From a virus: DNA of 33,567 nt. Positions 1 to 7,937 of this stretch are shown in pieces; within the stretch, counting starts at the first letter, position 1; each line of letters starts with the position of its first letter. Location: IMG/VR virus record IMGVR_UViG_3300029452_000005; one strand, 5' to 3'. The notes below the pieces were generated by a model. The model worked only from the letters and a program-made list of their open reading frames with translations, did no database searches and was not told where the DNA came from. Position numbers and translations under genes: made by a program.

Positions 1-515
1 ACATATTGCGCATCGCTTAAATCGTCTTTCTTACATTCCGGATCTACAAACGCATCAAACGGAGAAACACGTTCAATTTGAATAGTGCCGTCTAACTTCG
101 TATAGTCAAATTCATACGACACCCAGTAATTAGCTAAACCACAAATAATCTTATCGCGGAAACATTTGCCCTTATTGCGTTGATAGTTCGCACGGTCTAA
201 ACAGTATTTTGTAATACCTTTCGCAACCCGGCTTATTCTATCATCTTCTTCGGAACGTGGTAAAAAGTCCGGTTCTGTTTCGTTCTGCGATGCATAACCA
301 CATAACAGATTAATTACAGGTCTAATTCTATTAATCGTAATTGCTGGTCGTCCAGCTTCGCGCATTTTCTTTAAATCACCGTCTTGCCATTGCTTGCCTT
401 GCATAAATGCAAAATCTTCGGCAGCGGCCTTGCGCCATTCTGACGTGGCGGCTAATGCACTTTTTACATTTTGTTTTGCTTCGTATATATCAAAGGTTGT
501 TTGTTCTATATCCAT
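1..515 (-). CDS. Portal protein, N-terminal segment (gene wraps across the contig ends and continues downward from 33468)
   Basis: My minus-strand translation from the ATG at 515-513 gives MDIEQTTFDIYEAKQNVKSALAATSEWRKAAAEDFAFMQGKQWQDGDLKKMREAGRPAITINRIRPVINLL..., a typical portal N-terminus. The frame stays open to base 1 and is continuous with 33567 downward (416 + 1564 nt = 1980 nt, 659 aa plus stop). The start overlaps the upstream stop as TAATG. Confidence 0.85.
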   Translation of the reverse strand, partial: MDIEQTTFDIYEAKQNVKSALAATSEWRKAAAEDFAFMQGKQWQDGDLKKMREAGRPAITINRIRPVINLLCGYASQNETEPDFLPRSEEDDRISRVAKGITKYCLDRANYQRNKGKCFRDKIICGLANYWVSYEFDYTKLDGTIQIERVSPFDAFVDPECKKDDLSDAQY

Positions 516-706
516 TACTCCACCATTTCAGAACCATAAATCATATCGTACATCTGTTCCAGCTGCCATTGTGGCATTGCTTTTGCAAATTCCGCCAGTT
601 CTGCATCTGTATATTTTGCCGGAATAATAACGCCCTTTTCCTCACGTTCGCCATATTCCGATTTAAGAACCTTAAAGGCGTAATCACGTAACGCCCTTTC
701 ACTCAT
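515..706 (-). CDS. Small hypothetical protein between terminase large subunit and portal (63 aa from the ATG at 706; the track start at 715 gives 66 aa)
   Basis: The ORF is coupled on both sides: its ATG at 706 overlaps the terL stop as ATGA, and its TAA overlaps the portal ATG. I recognise no motif. Confidence 0.5.
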   Translation of the reverse strand: MSERALRDYAFKVLKSEYGEREEKGVIIPAKYTDAELAEFAKAMPQWQLEQMYDMIYGSEMVE

Positions 707-2064
707 ACGCCCCATGCGCTTATATCTCCTTCGCTATCATCAACATATTTATAACCGTCATTAAACGGCTTATCTGGTTTAACTGATTTAACCGGCCGTG
801 CCATACACATATAACGCACCGCATCATACGCATGATCTTCTTGTTTTGTATCTACATCTTCGACTTTGATTTTATCGTATGTTAAAGCTGGCAGCGTGCG
901 TATTAGATGCACGCAATTACTGAATATCTTTAACTTACCTTCTTTTAATCGTTGATGTACTTGCATAAGTCCGGCTAGTCTATCATTATCAGCACGCACC
1001 CAGTAAACGCCCTCAGTTGCGAATATTTCCGCAATCGTTGGGCCGTCGTGGCCTGTTCGCTGCCATATTGCCGGGTCTGCCACTCCTTGATAGTCTTTTA
1101 AATGTTCTATCTTTTGTGCTACTTCCCTTGCGGTTTCCTGTGTACCAGTATCCGGCATGCCCGGCTTGCAGCCGTAAAACTCACCAGTAATATATAACAC
1201 GTCGTCATAATCAACGGCAGCGGAATAAACTGCATACGGTTTCGTATAACCCCAGTCCATTGAACGATACCGTTGCCAATGATGCGGTATTTCAAACGGT
1301 TCTATTACATGCTTATCGGTGCGGAATTCTGTAAACACTTGACCTTCAAATATGTTCCAGTCGCCTTCAAGATATGCTTTACGTAGTTTCTCCGGTAAGG
1401 TATTCAACGCATCTATATAATTCTGTGATAGATGCGGGTTATCGCTTGCCCTTGCTTGGATATATGCAATCTTATCGGCGAATGGTTGCATTTCTTTTGT
1501 GAAATTTCTATCAATGAATAAGTCTTTAACCCACATATGACCTTTACCGCCCGGGTTAGTTGCTGCGATTAATTTAGTATCACTTATACCAGTCCAGCGG
1601 AGCCGCATACGCAAGAAATCGAACACGTCTCGACTATTCAAGGTTAATTCATCAATAGCAATAGCAGCGAATTCACTAGATAGATATTTACTTGGCTTGT
1701 CTAAGTTACGGAAACAGATAACGCCGCCGCCTAATTCATCATTTAATGTAAATTCATGGTTACTTTCTTTATAGCTTCCTAGCCATTCTGGAAACTCCAT
1801 TTTGATTTTGGATATTTGACGATCATCTAAACTTGGATAGTCCTCACAGAATAACCCAACGCGTATGCCTTTAATTCCCGTTTGAATAAACCAATCAATT
1901 AAAAGCCACACTAAACCCCAACGGAGTATATACGATTTACCACCACCAGCAGCGCCGCCATATAGTGTATATATGTTTTGCTTAACCGCTCGCAAGAATT
2001 CTTTTTGCTTAGGCGTTGGCCGTATCACATCGCGAAACAGATTTGTTTTACTCATCTGTATCAC
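703..2064 (-). CDS. terL: Terminase large subunit
   Basis: It has the Walker A-like motif YGGAAGGGKS near the N-terminus, an ATPase half and a nuclease half at typical TerL length, and sits between terS and portal. The start is either the GTG at 2064 or the ATG at 2055, which overlaps the terS stop. Confidence 0.9.
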   Translation of the reverse strand: MIQMSKTNLFRDVIRPTPKQKEFLRAVKQNIYTLYGGAAGGGKSYILRWGLVWLLIDWFIQTGIKGIRVGLFCEDYPSLDDRQISKIKMEFPEWLGSYKESNHEFTLNDELGGGVICFRNLDKPSKYLSSEFAAIAIDELTLNSRDVFDFLRMRLRWTGISDTKLIAATNPGGKGHMWVKDLFIDRNFTKEMQPFADKIAYIQARASDNPHLSQNYIDALNTLPEKLRKAYLEGDWNIFEGQVFTEFRTDKHVIEPFEIPHHWQRYRSMDWGYTKPYAVYSAAVDYDDVLYITGEFYGCKPGMPDTGTQETAREVAQKIEHLKDYQGVADPAIWQRTGHDGPTIAEIFATEGVYWVRADNDRLAGLMQVHQRLKEGKLKIFSNCVHLIRTLPALTYDKIKVEDVDTKQEDHAYDAVRYMCMARPVKSVKPDKPFNDGYKYVDDSEGDISAWGV

Positions 2065-2419
2065 TCAATTCATTGTTATCAATAACCAACTTAACGGCGC
2101 TTTCTGTTGTGATTTCCTGTTGTATCTTATCGCGCCATTCTTTAGAACGTCGATTTTTAAGCCAGAAAATCATAGCCGTTGTATTTCCTTCGAGTGCTGC
2201 CTTGTAAAGTGCATTTTCAACTTGTATGTCTGCTTCGTCCTTGCCTATTTTTAGGGCGTTCGATATTTTGGGCGACTTCTTACGCCATTCCCATAAGGTA
2301 GAAACTGCAATTTCCATATTGCTGGCAATCTGTTCATTGGTTAAGCCATTACGCGCCCAGCCTTGTAAAAGCAAAATCTTTTCTTCTGCTTCCCAGTCTT
2401 TATATGTAGTTTTCGCCAT
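2048..2419 (-). CDS. terS: Terminase small subunit
   Basis: This 123-aa protein has an N-terminal HTH (GLTNEQIASNMEIAVSTLWEWRKK) and the C-terminal pattern AALEGNTTAMIFWLKNRRSKEWRDK common in small terminases. It lies directly upstream of terL and overlaps it. An SD (GGGGGTG) precedes the ATG. Confidence 0.75.
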   Translation of the reverse strand: MAKTTYKDWEAEEKILLLQGWARNGLTNEQIASNMEIAVSTLWEWRKKSPKISNALKIGKDEADIQVENALYKAALEGNTTAMIFWLKNRRSKEWRDKIQQEITTESAVKLVIDNNELSDTDE

Positions 2420-2430
2420 TGTTTCACCCC

Positions 2431-2619
2431 CTATCGTAGTATGTTGTTATCTTTGCTTTTCATTCTGCCATGTGATCGTTGGCATATTCCCGCGTGCTGC
2501 TTGCTGGCGTGTTGGCTAGTGCAATATGTTTGGCATAAGCCGTCATAGTATATTTCGTTGGCTGTGCATTTGCCGCCTTTGTTATTAAGACATTTCGATT
2601 TTGTACATATGATATTCAC
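2431..2619 (-). CDS. Small Cys-rich protein, DUF1540-like (62 aa from the GTG at 2619)
   Basis: An SD (GAAGGTGGTG) lies 8 nt upstream of the GTG. The N-terminal pattern IICTKSKCLNNKGGKCTANEIYY resembles the C-x4-C-x7-C-x-A repeat of DUF1540. It is the first ORF of the late operon, 11 nt before terS. The longer 88-aa track ORF lacks an SD. Confidence 0.35.
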   Translation of the reverse strand: MNIICTKSKCLNNKGGKCTANEIYYDGLCQTYCTSQHASKQHAGICQRSHGRMKSKDNNILR

Positions 2620-2724
2620 TAGCTTTTCACCACCTTCACAAACTTTTCGGTAAATTATTAAAAGAAGTTGAAGCCTAACAGGAAATTTAAAACGCATTTT
2701 CCATTAGCTTATACAAACAATAAA

Positions 2725-2750
2725 GGCCGCCTATACAAGGCGGCTTTTTT
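2725..2750. terminator. GC-rich hairpin with flanking A- and T-runs (bidirectional intrinsic terminator candidate)
   Basis: GCCGCC (2726-2731) pairs with GGCGGC (2739-2744) around a 7-nt loop. TTTTTT follows on the plus strand. On the minus strand the hairpin is followed by CTTTATTGTTTG. Confidence 0.5.
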
Positions 2751-2941
2751 AATTACTCAAAACCGAACACGCCGCACGAAAAGACATTAGAAACTATGAA
2801 GGTGATATCTCTTAAAATAAAAAAACGTGCATTATGTTCAGTTTTCAATAATCAAATGTTACTTTTATACAAAAAATGAGATATATCGCCGTGGATATAC
2901 CTCATATTCTGATAACTTTATTCATTTTTGTTGTATACTCT

Positions 2942-3086
2942 AAACCAATACCGATATGGATCACATGAAATTAGGTTTATTATGCTTATTGTTGTTGTGC
3001 TTGGTAGTACATATTTATATTTGATAGGATTGTTCTCAATGGCATTGTGTATGTTTGAAAGGAATTCTATGTATCGGTATCGGTTT
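2942..3086. repeat. Pair of 15-bp inverted repeats built from tandem CCRATA/TATCGG hexamers
   Basis: AAACCAATACCGATA (2942-2956) matches the reverse complement of TATCGGTATCGGTTT (3072-3086) at 14 of 15 positions. Each arm is itself a hexamer doublet. The arms flank about 115 bp of AT-rich DNA inside the non-coding late leader. Confidence 0.6.
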
Positions 3087-3098
3087 ACAATACACAAG

Positions 3099-3122
3099 AG
3101 GGGAACGGCCCAAAGTTCCCCT
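3099..3122 (-). terminator. Hairpin downstream of the late-activator gene (terminator candidate)
   Basis: An 8-bp stem AGGGGAAC/GTTCCCCT encloses an 8-nt loop. On the minus strand it is followed by CTTGTGTATTGT, which is only moderately U-rich. It lies 89 nt after the stop at 3211. Confidence 0.4.
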
Positions 3123-3210
3123 GTGCATTGTGTTCATATAGGAGAATTACGCCAATGACCTTTTAAGCATCATTTGACAATATAATTATACTATATATCG
3201 CTTTTCCGTA

Positions 3211-3714
3211 TTATTCCGATGTAGTTCGGTATAGTTCGACTTTTACCGCCTTAGCAGTATACATGCTAGGATAATACGTATTGTGTAAAAATTTACCTAC
3301 ATTAATAAGGCCTAGTGTTTTCAATTCGGCCGCTTGCGTTTTTCCTAAATCGGTGAAACTCTTCGCATATTTCGCGCTTTCGCCGTCTATATACTCACGC
3401 ATTAATAATATATTCGTTTTCCCTGTGGTGCATTGATTGATGATTTCCGCCGCCGTTTCGCGTTCATCAATTAATGCGCCTATTTCTTTATGTACCGCAT
3501 CGCGTTTACTTTCAAGGCGTACTATTTGACGGTCTAACCCGCCCGGCGTTCCGCCACCGCTTAAACGTTCCTTGCTATAATCAACTGCCCCTATCGTTGT
3601 TATATCGGATTGCAAATGCTTTAGATCTTCCTTCAATGATTTGATTTTCATTGATATTAATTTAATCGGTTCTAGGAATTCCTTGCCTATCTCTCTATAT
3701 TCTTTATCCGTCAT
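3211..3714 (-). CDS. Late transcriptional activator candidate, Ltr superfamily (DUF1492/LtrC-like)
   Basis: The layout matches DUF1492-type phage regulators: an N-terminal coiled segment (IKSLKEDLKHLQSDIT), a Gly-rich central loop (SGGGTPGG), then ILLMREYIDGES. It is the last gene before the packaging genes, the usual position for RinA/ArpU/LtrC-type activators. Confidence 0.55.
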   Translation of the reverse strand: MTDKEYREIGKEFLEPIKLISMKIKSLKEDLKHLQSDITTIGAVDYSKERLSGGGTPGGLDRQIVRLESKRDAVHKEIGALIDERETAAEIINQCTTGKTNILLMREYIDGESAKYAKSFTDLGKTQAAELKTLGLINVGKFLHNTYYPSMYTAKAVKVELYRTTSE

Positions 3715-3734
3715 TTATTCCCCCGTATGGTTCA

Positions 3735-4097
3735 TTATCTCATGTTCTTAACTGTTTCCCCTAACATGTTTAAATAGTCATGTAAATTAACTTTGATTAC
3801 ATCGTTTACAAGCTGGATATTATCAGTTGTTACATAATGCGCCAACAACATTTTATACATCGCATCTTTGGTAGGTACTAAAACCGCTATTAATCCGCTG
3901 CCAACAAAAACAATAAACAAAGCTATTACCTTTGACTTATTAGCTTGCATTTTTTCCCTAGCTTCATCTTCAACAAAATATAAAAACACTAGAAAACATA
4001 CAAGCATCATCAATACAAAAAACACAATTTGATTTAAAGCATCTATATTATGTAGTACCTCAATCAAGTACAGATACATCGGATCAATAATAGGCAT
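3735..4097 (-). CDS. Membrane protein (120 aa from the ATG at 4097)
   Basis: There are two clear hydrophobic segments (IVFFVLMMLVCFLVFLYFV and VIALFIVFVGSGLIAVLV). An SD (AAAGGGGA) precedes the internal ATG, whereas the upstream GTG at 4157 has none. Confidence 0.55.
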   Translation of the reverse strand: MPIIDPMYLYLIEVLHNIDALNQIVFFVLMMLVCFLVFLYFVEDEAREKMQANKSKVIALFIVFVGSGLIAVLVPTKDAMYKMLLAHYVTTDNIQLVNDVIKVNLHDYLNMLGETVKNMR

Positions 4098-4242
4098 TAC
4101 ACATTTCCCCTTTCGCTTATTCGTATCAAAGGGGCGTTTATATTGCCCCTTATCCACTACATCGTAAATACTGATACTAATTTTATTAATGCTATTACTA
4201 GCTAAAATACCAATGCAGCATCAAATAATAATTTAATCATGG

Positions 4243-4722
4243 TTATTTCCCTGTGCTACCAATACCACCGGAACCGCGTTCCGTTTCGGTTAATTGTGCA
4301 ACCTCTAACAGTTTTAATGCGCCTACTGGTACAAGAATACCCTGTACTAATCTATCGCCCTTTTGGATTAAATACGGCGTATCGCTGGTATTGTGCAAGA
4401 TTGCTTTAATTTCTCCCCTATAGTCCGCATCAATCACCCCGAATGAGTTCGGAATAATTAACGGCGTTTTGCTCACGCTAGATCGTGGCGCCAGCATCAA
4501 CATATACCCCTTTGGAATTTCTACCGCTAACCCCAGCGTTAAATATTGCGTTTGATGCGGTTCTATAACTACGCCTTCTGGTTGATAAAAATCCATGCCA
4601 GCAGCATCTACGCTGCCAACTTTTGGCAATAATACGCCCGGCATGCATCGTTTAACCTTGATAACGTCCGCATTATATCGTTTATATCCAAATATGCGTT
4701 TAATCCTGTTTAGTAGTTCCAT
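4243..4722 (-). CDS. dut: dUTP diphosphatase (trimeric dUTPase)
   Basis: Conserved dUTPase motifs are present: AAGMDFY, PRSS, GVIDADYRGEI, and the C-terminal RGSGGIGSTGK. Confidence 0.9.
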   Translation of the reverse strand: MELLNRIKRIFGYKRYNADVIKVKRCMPGVLLPKVGSVDAAGMDFYQPEGVVIEPHQTQYLTLGLAVEIPKGYMLMLAPRSSVSKTPLIIPNSFGVIDADYRGEIKAILHNTSDTPYLIQKGDRLVQGILVPVGALKLLEVAQLTETERGSGGIGSTGK

Positions 4723-4732
4723 TTATTGCCCC

Positions 4733-5134
4733 TCATTTCAATAACGCTTCCAATACTTTATTTTTTCTATCCATAATGCGTATTTCTGCCCTTGGGTTTT
4801 CTTTATCAATACCCGCTATGCAGCTTTCACCATATGAACATATCCATTTATCGTCGTCGATTACTTTCGCCTTCGTCAATATATCGCTAGTAGCTTGCAA
4901 CAATCCTATTAAGTCCGGCCAACTTCTTTTATTCGGCAAGTAGTATTTACAATCAACAACCACAATGCCAGATATATGCAGCTTCTTCCCAGCCAGTTGC
5001 CACATACAAGCATCTTCATAATTCTTATAGGCTTCTGACGGTATTATAATAGGCTTTCCATTTCTGGATATAATTCGTCCGCTATTCTTTTTGGTCGCTG
5101 GGCGGCCTTTTAACGTAATATCAATCACACTCAT
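4733..5134 (-). CDS. RusA-like Holliday junction resolvase (tentative)
   Basis: The size (133 aa) fits. The N-terminal pattern ITLKGRPATKKN and the later segment WPDLIGLLQATSDILTKAKVIDDDKWI resemble the RusA DxDN...D-x-L...DD pattern. It sits in the early region. The call rests on motif memory only. Confidence 0.4.
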   Translation of the reverse strand: MSVIDITLKGRPATKKNSGRIISRNGKPIIIPSEAYKNYEDACMWQLAGKKLHISGIVVVDCKYYLPNKRSWPDLIGLLQATSDILTKAKVIDDDKWICSYGESCIAGIDKENPRAEIRIMDRKNKVLEALLK

Positions 5135-5546
5135 TTAAAGCCCTTTCTGCCAATGTAACCTCATCTTTTGAATAGTACCAATAACAATCATCTGTTTTAC
5201 TCCATGACGTCTGGCCGCAAGCAAAGCAATATATACGCCCAATTTCGTATTTAGCAAAATAAAGTTTCTTTTTTTCAAATGCACTTTTTACAATAACCGG
5301 CGTATCAACTGGAACCTTTTCCCATTCCACGATACCCAATAGCGATGCAATAGAATATTTACGGGTATTAGGATTTAATCCCAGCACCTTGCATGGAATT
5401 CTTGGGGTGTGATCGCGCACTTTAAAATTCCCGCCGTTTTCAACAAATGTAGGATTTACGAAAAATGCGTAAACACCTTCAATCTTAATATCTCGATAAC
5501 CTTCGTTATACATTTCTTGTAATAACCATTTTTGCTCATTCTTCAT
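5121..5546 (-). CDS. Hypothetical protein (141 aa)
   Basis: The ORF is tightly packed in the same-strand operon and overlaps both neighbours. I recognise no motif. Confidence 0.6.
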   Translation of the reverse strand: MKNEQKWLLQEMYNEGYRDIKIEGVYAFFVNPTFVENGGNFKVRDHTPRIPCKVLGLNPNTRKYSIASLLGIVEWEKVPVDTPVIVKSAFEKKKLYFAKYEIGRIYCFACGQTSWSKTDDCYWYYSKDEVTLAERALNECD

Positions 5547-5829
5547 CGTATAATTCCCCTTTTACAATAATTACCTTTATATATTGCCGCACGTTGTAAA
5601 TGTACGCTTCAACCGTTCCGCCAAATGCTTTCATCATCATTTTAGAAAGCACTTGCCGTAATCGTTTCGTTTTGCCGTCCTTATGATATTTGTATTCAAG
5701 CGTAATCAAAAATTCATCTTGCGTTACCTTTGGTTTTAAAATCATGTTTTCAATAACCAACGTTAATGCGCTGGCTAGTTGCTCACATGTAAAAACTCTA
5801 CCGTTTCCCATGTCTACTTTTACATTCAT
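5536..5829 (-). CDS. Hypothetical protein (97 aa)
   Basis: The ORF overlaps the upstream stop and the downstream start. I recognise no motif. Confidence 0.6.
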   Translation of the reverse strand: MNVKVDMGNGRVFTCEQLASALTLVIENMILKPKVTQDEFLITLEYKYHKDGKTKRLRQVLSKMMMKAFGGTVEAYIYNVRQYIKVIIVKGELYDEE

Positions 5830-6338
5830 TTATCAATTTCCCTTTGATATTCATAGATAATTTCATTTCTAGGCGCATTTATTAGCATGATAATGCTATG
5901 ATGTGCGGGTGATTTTGTATGCTCGCCCGTTTCACTTATAAATTTAATGCGCTTAGTTGGTATATATACGCTTATATTCGTCTTGCTGAATAACTTATGC
6001 CTTTGTACCCCCCCCAATGCATCTATAGGCAGTACCAGTACACACGGGCGCCCTGTTTCGATACACCGCGCTATAATTTCATCTTTATTACTGTATGGCG
6101 GGTTAGTGATTAAATAGTCAAAGTCATATTCTTTGGTTAGAAAATCATTGATGCCGTATATAGCCAACGGATCATACTCACGCACAATAACTTTTGTAAA
6201 ATTGCTTTTATCTGTATCGAACGGCAATAAAATTTTATCGCCAGCCTTTGGCGGGAATACATTAAGCATCGTTTGAACGGTTTCTATAGGCGTATACCAT
6301 TCATCGCTTTTATCGCCCTTTATTAACGCGTGTTTCAT
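5826..6338 (-). CDS. Orphan DNA N6-adenine methyltransferase (phage Dam-like small MTase)
   Basis: It has the N-terminal DEWYTP motif and the catalytic motif IV TNPPYS at the 170-aa size typical of the phage Dam-like family. The ATG at 6338 overlaps the upstream stop as ATGA, preceded by the SD AAAGGTGGA. No restriction partner is present in the genome. Confidence 0.8.
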   Translation of the reverse strand: MKHALIKGDKSDEWYTPIETVQTMLNVFPPKAGDKILLPFDTDKSNFTKVIVREYDPLAIYGINDFLTKEYDFDYLITNPPYSNKDEIIARCIETGRPCVLVLPIDALGGVQRHKLFSKTNISVYIPTKRIKFISETGEHTKSPAHHSIIMLINAPRNEIIYEYQREIDK

Positions 6339-6604
6339 CGCTTCCACCTTTTAAGATTTACCCCGGCAGCTAACAGGCGATTTCTAATCAGCGTATACGA
6401 TGCGCCGCACGCTTCCGCGATTTCCCGAATTGCTAACCCTTCATTACGTAGTGCAATCAATATATTTACATCAACATCTGGGCGCATCGGATTTCTTTTG
6501 ATAGCTTTTCTTAAACCTAATGCGGCAAGCGCTGCATCTGCGGTTTTCCTACTGTATATGCAAGCACCTAGCGCAAGCCAATTCTCTATATATGCCATAT
6601 CCAC
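6335..6604 (-). CDS. Small HTH DNA-binding protein
   Basis: The C-terminal segment ALRNEGLAIREIAEACGASYTLIRNRL looks like a sigma-region-4 or resolvase-type helix-turn-helix. Confidence 0.5.
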   Translation of the reverse strand: MDMAYIENWLALGACIYSRKTADAALAALGLRKAIKRNPMRPDVDVNILIALRNEGLAIREIAEACGASYTLIRNRLLAAGVNLKRWKR

Positions 6605-6608
6605 CTTC

Positions 6609-6791
6609 CTAACATTTACCTATGCGCCGCTTGATGCGGTTGTTGCTTTCCTTTACATACCCGTACACATCGCCCTTGATATAACGGGTTTCTATCTCTT
6701 CTTTACGGTTGCAACTGTATTTTACATAGGCTGCGCATGTACTATGGCAGCCTATTGCCCTAAACTCACAACCTTTACATGGTGTTTTCAT
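6609..6791 (-). CDS. Cys-rich small protein (putative zinc-binding)
   Basis: It has 7 Cys in 60 aa, including CKGC...C..TC, and is packed tightly in the operon. Confidence 0.5.
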   Translation of the reverse strand: MKTPCKGCEFRAIGCHSTCAAYVKYSCNRKEEIETRYIKGDVYGYVKESNNRIKRRIGKC

Positions 6792-6794
6792 GTT

Positions 6795-7178
6795 TTACAC
6801 CTTGCTTTCAAAAGGGTTTATAGTTTCAAGCACTACAAAAGAAGTATTATTGTACCCGTGGCGTTTTTCCCATTTACGAAATACATCGGTTAATTCCTTT
6901 TGCAACTCGTCTATATGTTCCTGTTTTACATTCAAAAGATAATCTTCCGACCATTCCGCAATTTCATCGTCAAGATCACTATAAACAACGTCTTCAATTA
7001 CACGCTCCGCATCAACAGTAGGAATATAATAATACGGGTTCCCAACTCTAACTTTTGGTACTTCGTCGGCTGGATAAGTATCCGTAAATTCCTTAACCGC
7101 ATCTTCAATGCTTTTATGCGGATATCCTACATACTCATCAATGCACCAACACCATTCATTCTCATTTTTCACTAGCAT
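6795..7178 (-). CDS. Highly acidic hypothetical protein (127 aa)
   Basis: By my count it has 29 D/E against 13 K/R. It lies immediately downstream of ssb. Confidence 0.6.
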   Translation of the reverse strand: MLVKNENEWCWCIDEYVGYPHKSIEDAVKEFTDTYPADEVPKVRVGNPYYYIPTVDAERVIEDVVYSDLDDEIAEWSEDYLLNVKQEHIDELQKELTDVFRKWEKRHGYNNTSFVVLETINPFESKV

Positions 7179-7191
7179 TTTTTACCACCTA

Positions 7192-7584
7192 TCAGAACGG
7201 AACGTTTTCATCGTTCCCCTTATCATCTGCAAAATTATCGAAATTGCTGCCAGCTTCCGCATCATTTAACGCTGATACACCTACGAAACTTGCAATTACT
7301 TCCGTAACGTACCGTTTTTGGCCGTCTTGCGTTTCATAGCTTCTTGTTTGAATTCGGCCCTCTACAAATAAGCGATTTCCTTTTCTATAGTTGCCCACCG
7401 CTTCGCCTAGTTTTCCCCACGCTACACAATTTACGAACGCCGTTTGTTCTTTTGTTTCGTTTGTAGCACTATCGATATATGTATTAGATGCGGCTACTGT
7501 GAAAGTCGCAACCGCCTTGCCGGATTGTGTATAACGTACTTCCGGATCACGTGCAAGATTTCCTAATAATTGAACACTATTCAT
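7192..7584 (-). CDS. ssb: Single-stranded DNA-binding protein
   Basis: The N-terminus is an OB fold (MNSVQLLGNLARDPEVRYTQSGKAVATFTVA), and the acidic C-terminal tail ends DENVPF. Confidence 0.9.
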   Translation of the reverse strand: MNSVQLLGNLARDPEVRYTQSGKAVATFTVAASNTYIDSATNETKEQTAFVNCVAWGKLGEAVGNYRKGNRLFVEGRIQTRSYETQDGQKRYVTEVIASFVGVSALNDAEAGSNFDNFADDKGNDENVPF

Positions 7585-7700
7585 AATATAATTCCCTTCC
7601 TATTTTCTAATTCTATAGGGCAAATTCGCTCATTTTACCCCGTCTGCTACTCCGCCCTTATGATTTATCGTTAAGGCTTTAAAAATTCCATACAACGCAT

Positions 7701-7937
7701 TTAAACGATTTTTTCCATTCTAAACAATTCATCTAGTGTTAGATTTGTTTGTAATTCATCATTAACGTTTTCTTGAATTGCAAGCATTTCCGTTAATCTA
7801 AAATCAAACAAACCGCGTTCATGTTTCTTGTATGTTTCTGGTGATACCCCGGCAATATCCGCCATATCTGATTGTGTATACCCCAACAATTCCCTACATT
7901 CGATTAATTTCGGGAATAAATTATATTTTTTGTTCAT
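7701..7937 (-). CDS. XRE-family HTH transcriptional regulator
   Basis: The segment LLGYTQSDMADIAGVSPETYKKHERG is a classic HTH_3 pattern. Confidence 0.7.
   Translation of the reverse strand: MNKKYNLFPKLIECRELLGYTQSDMADIAGVSPETYKKHERGLFDFRLTEMLAIQENVNDELQTNLTLDELFRMEKIV

Noticed and set aside
1-99. The terminal 99-bp repeat might be a biological direct terminal repeat, a transposon end or an insertion-sequence boundary.
   Set aside because: The repeat lies in the middle of the portal ORF, and the two copies join the ORF seamlessly in frame. The simplest explanation is overlap from assembling a circular or circularly permuted genome.
2431-2697. The full 88-aa track ORF was considered as the first late gene.
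   Set aside because: Its N-terminal 26 residues lack an SD and run toward the bidirectional terminator. An internal GTG at 2619 has a strong SD and begins exactly at the Cys-rich DUF1540-like segment, so I preferred the shorter model, still at low confidence.
2928-3158. A 76-aa plus-strand ORF lies in the late leader region.
   Set aside because: It has no SD and an implausible composition. It spans the hairpin and the inverted repeats, and it runs against the direction of every neighbouring gene. The region is better explained as regulatory or non-coding.
3175-3199. A perfect TTGACA hexamer on the plus strand, followed by several TATA-like hexamers, might be an antisense promoter reading into the late-activator gene.
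   Set aside because: None of the -10 candidates lies at the required 16-18 bp spacing; the spacings are about 1, 7, 11 and 13 bp. The AT-rich context makes chance matches likely. It is worth a glance in RNA-seq data but is not supported as a feature.
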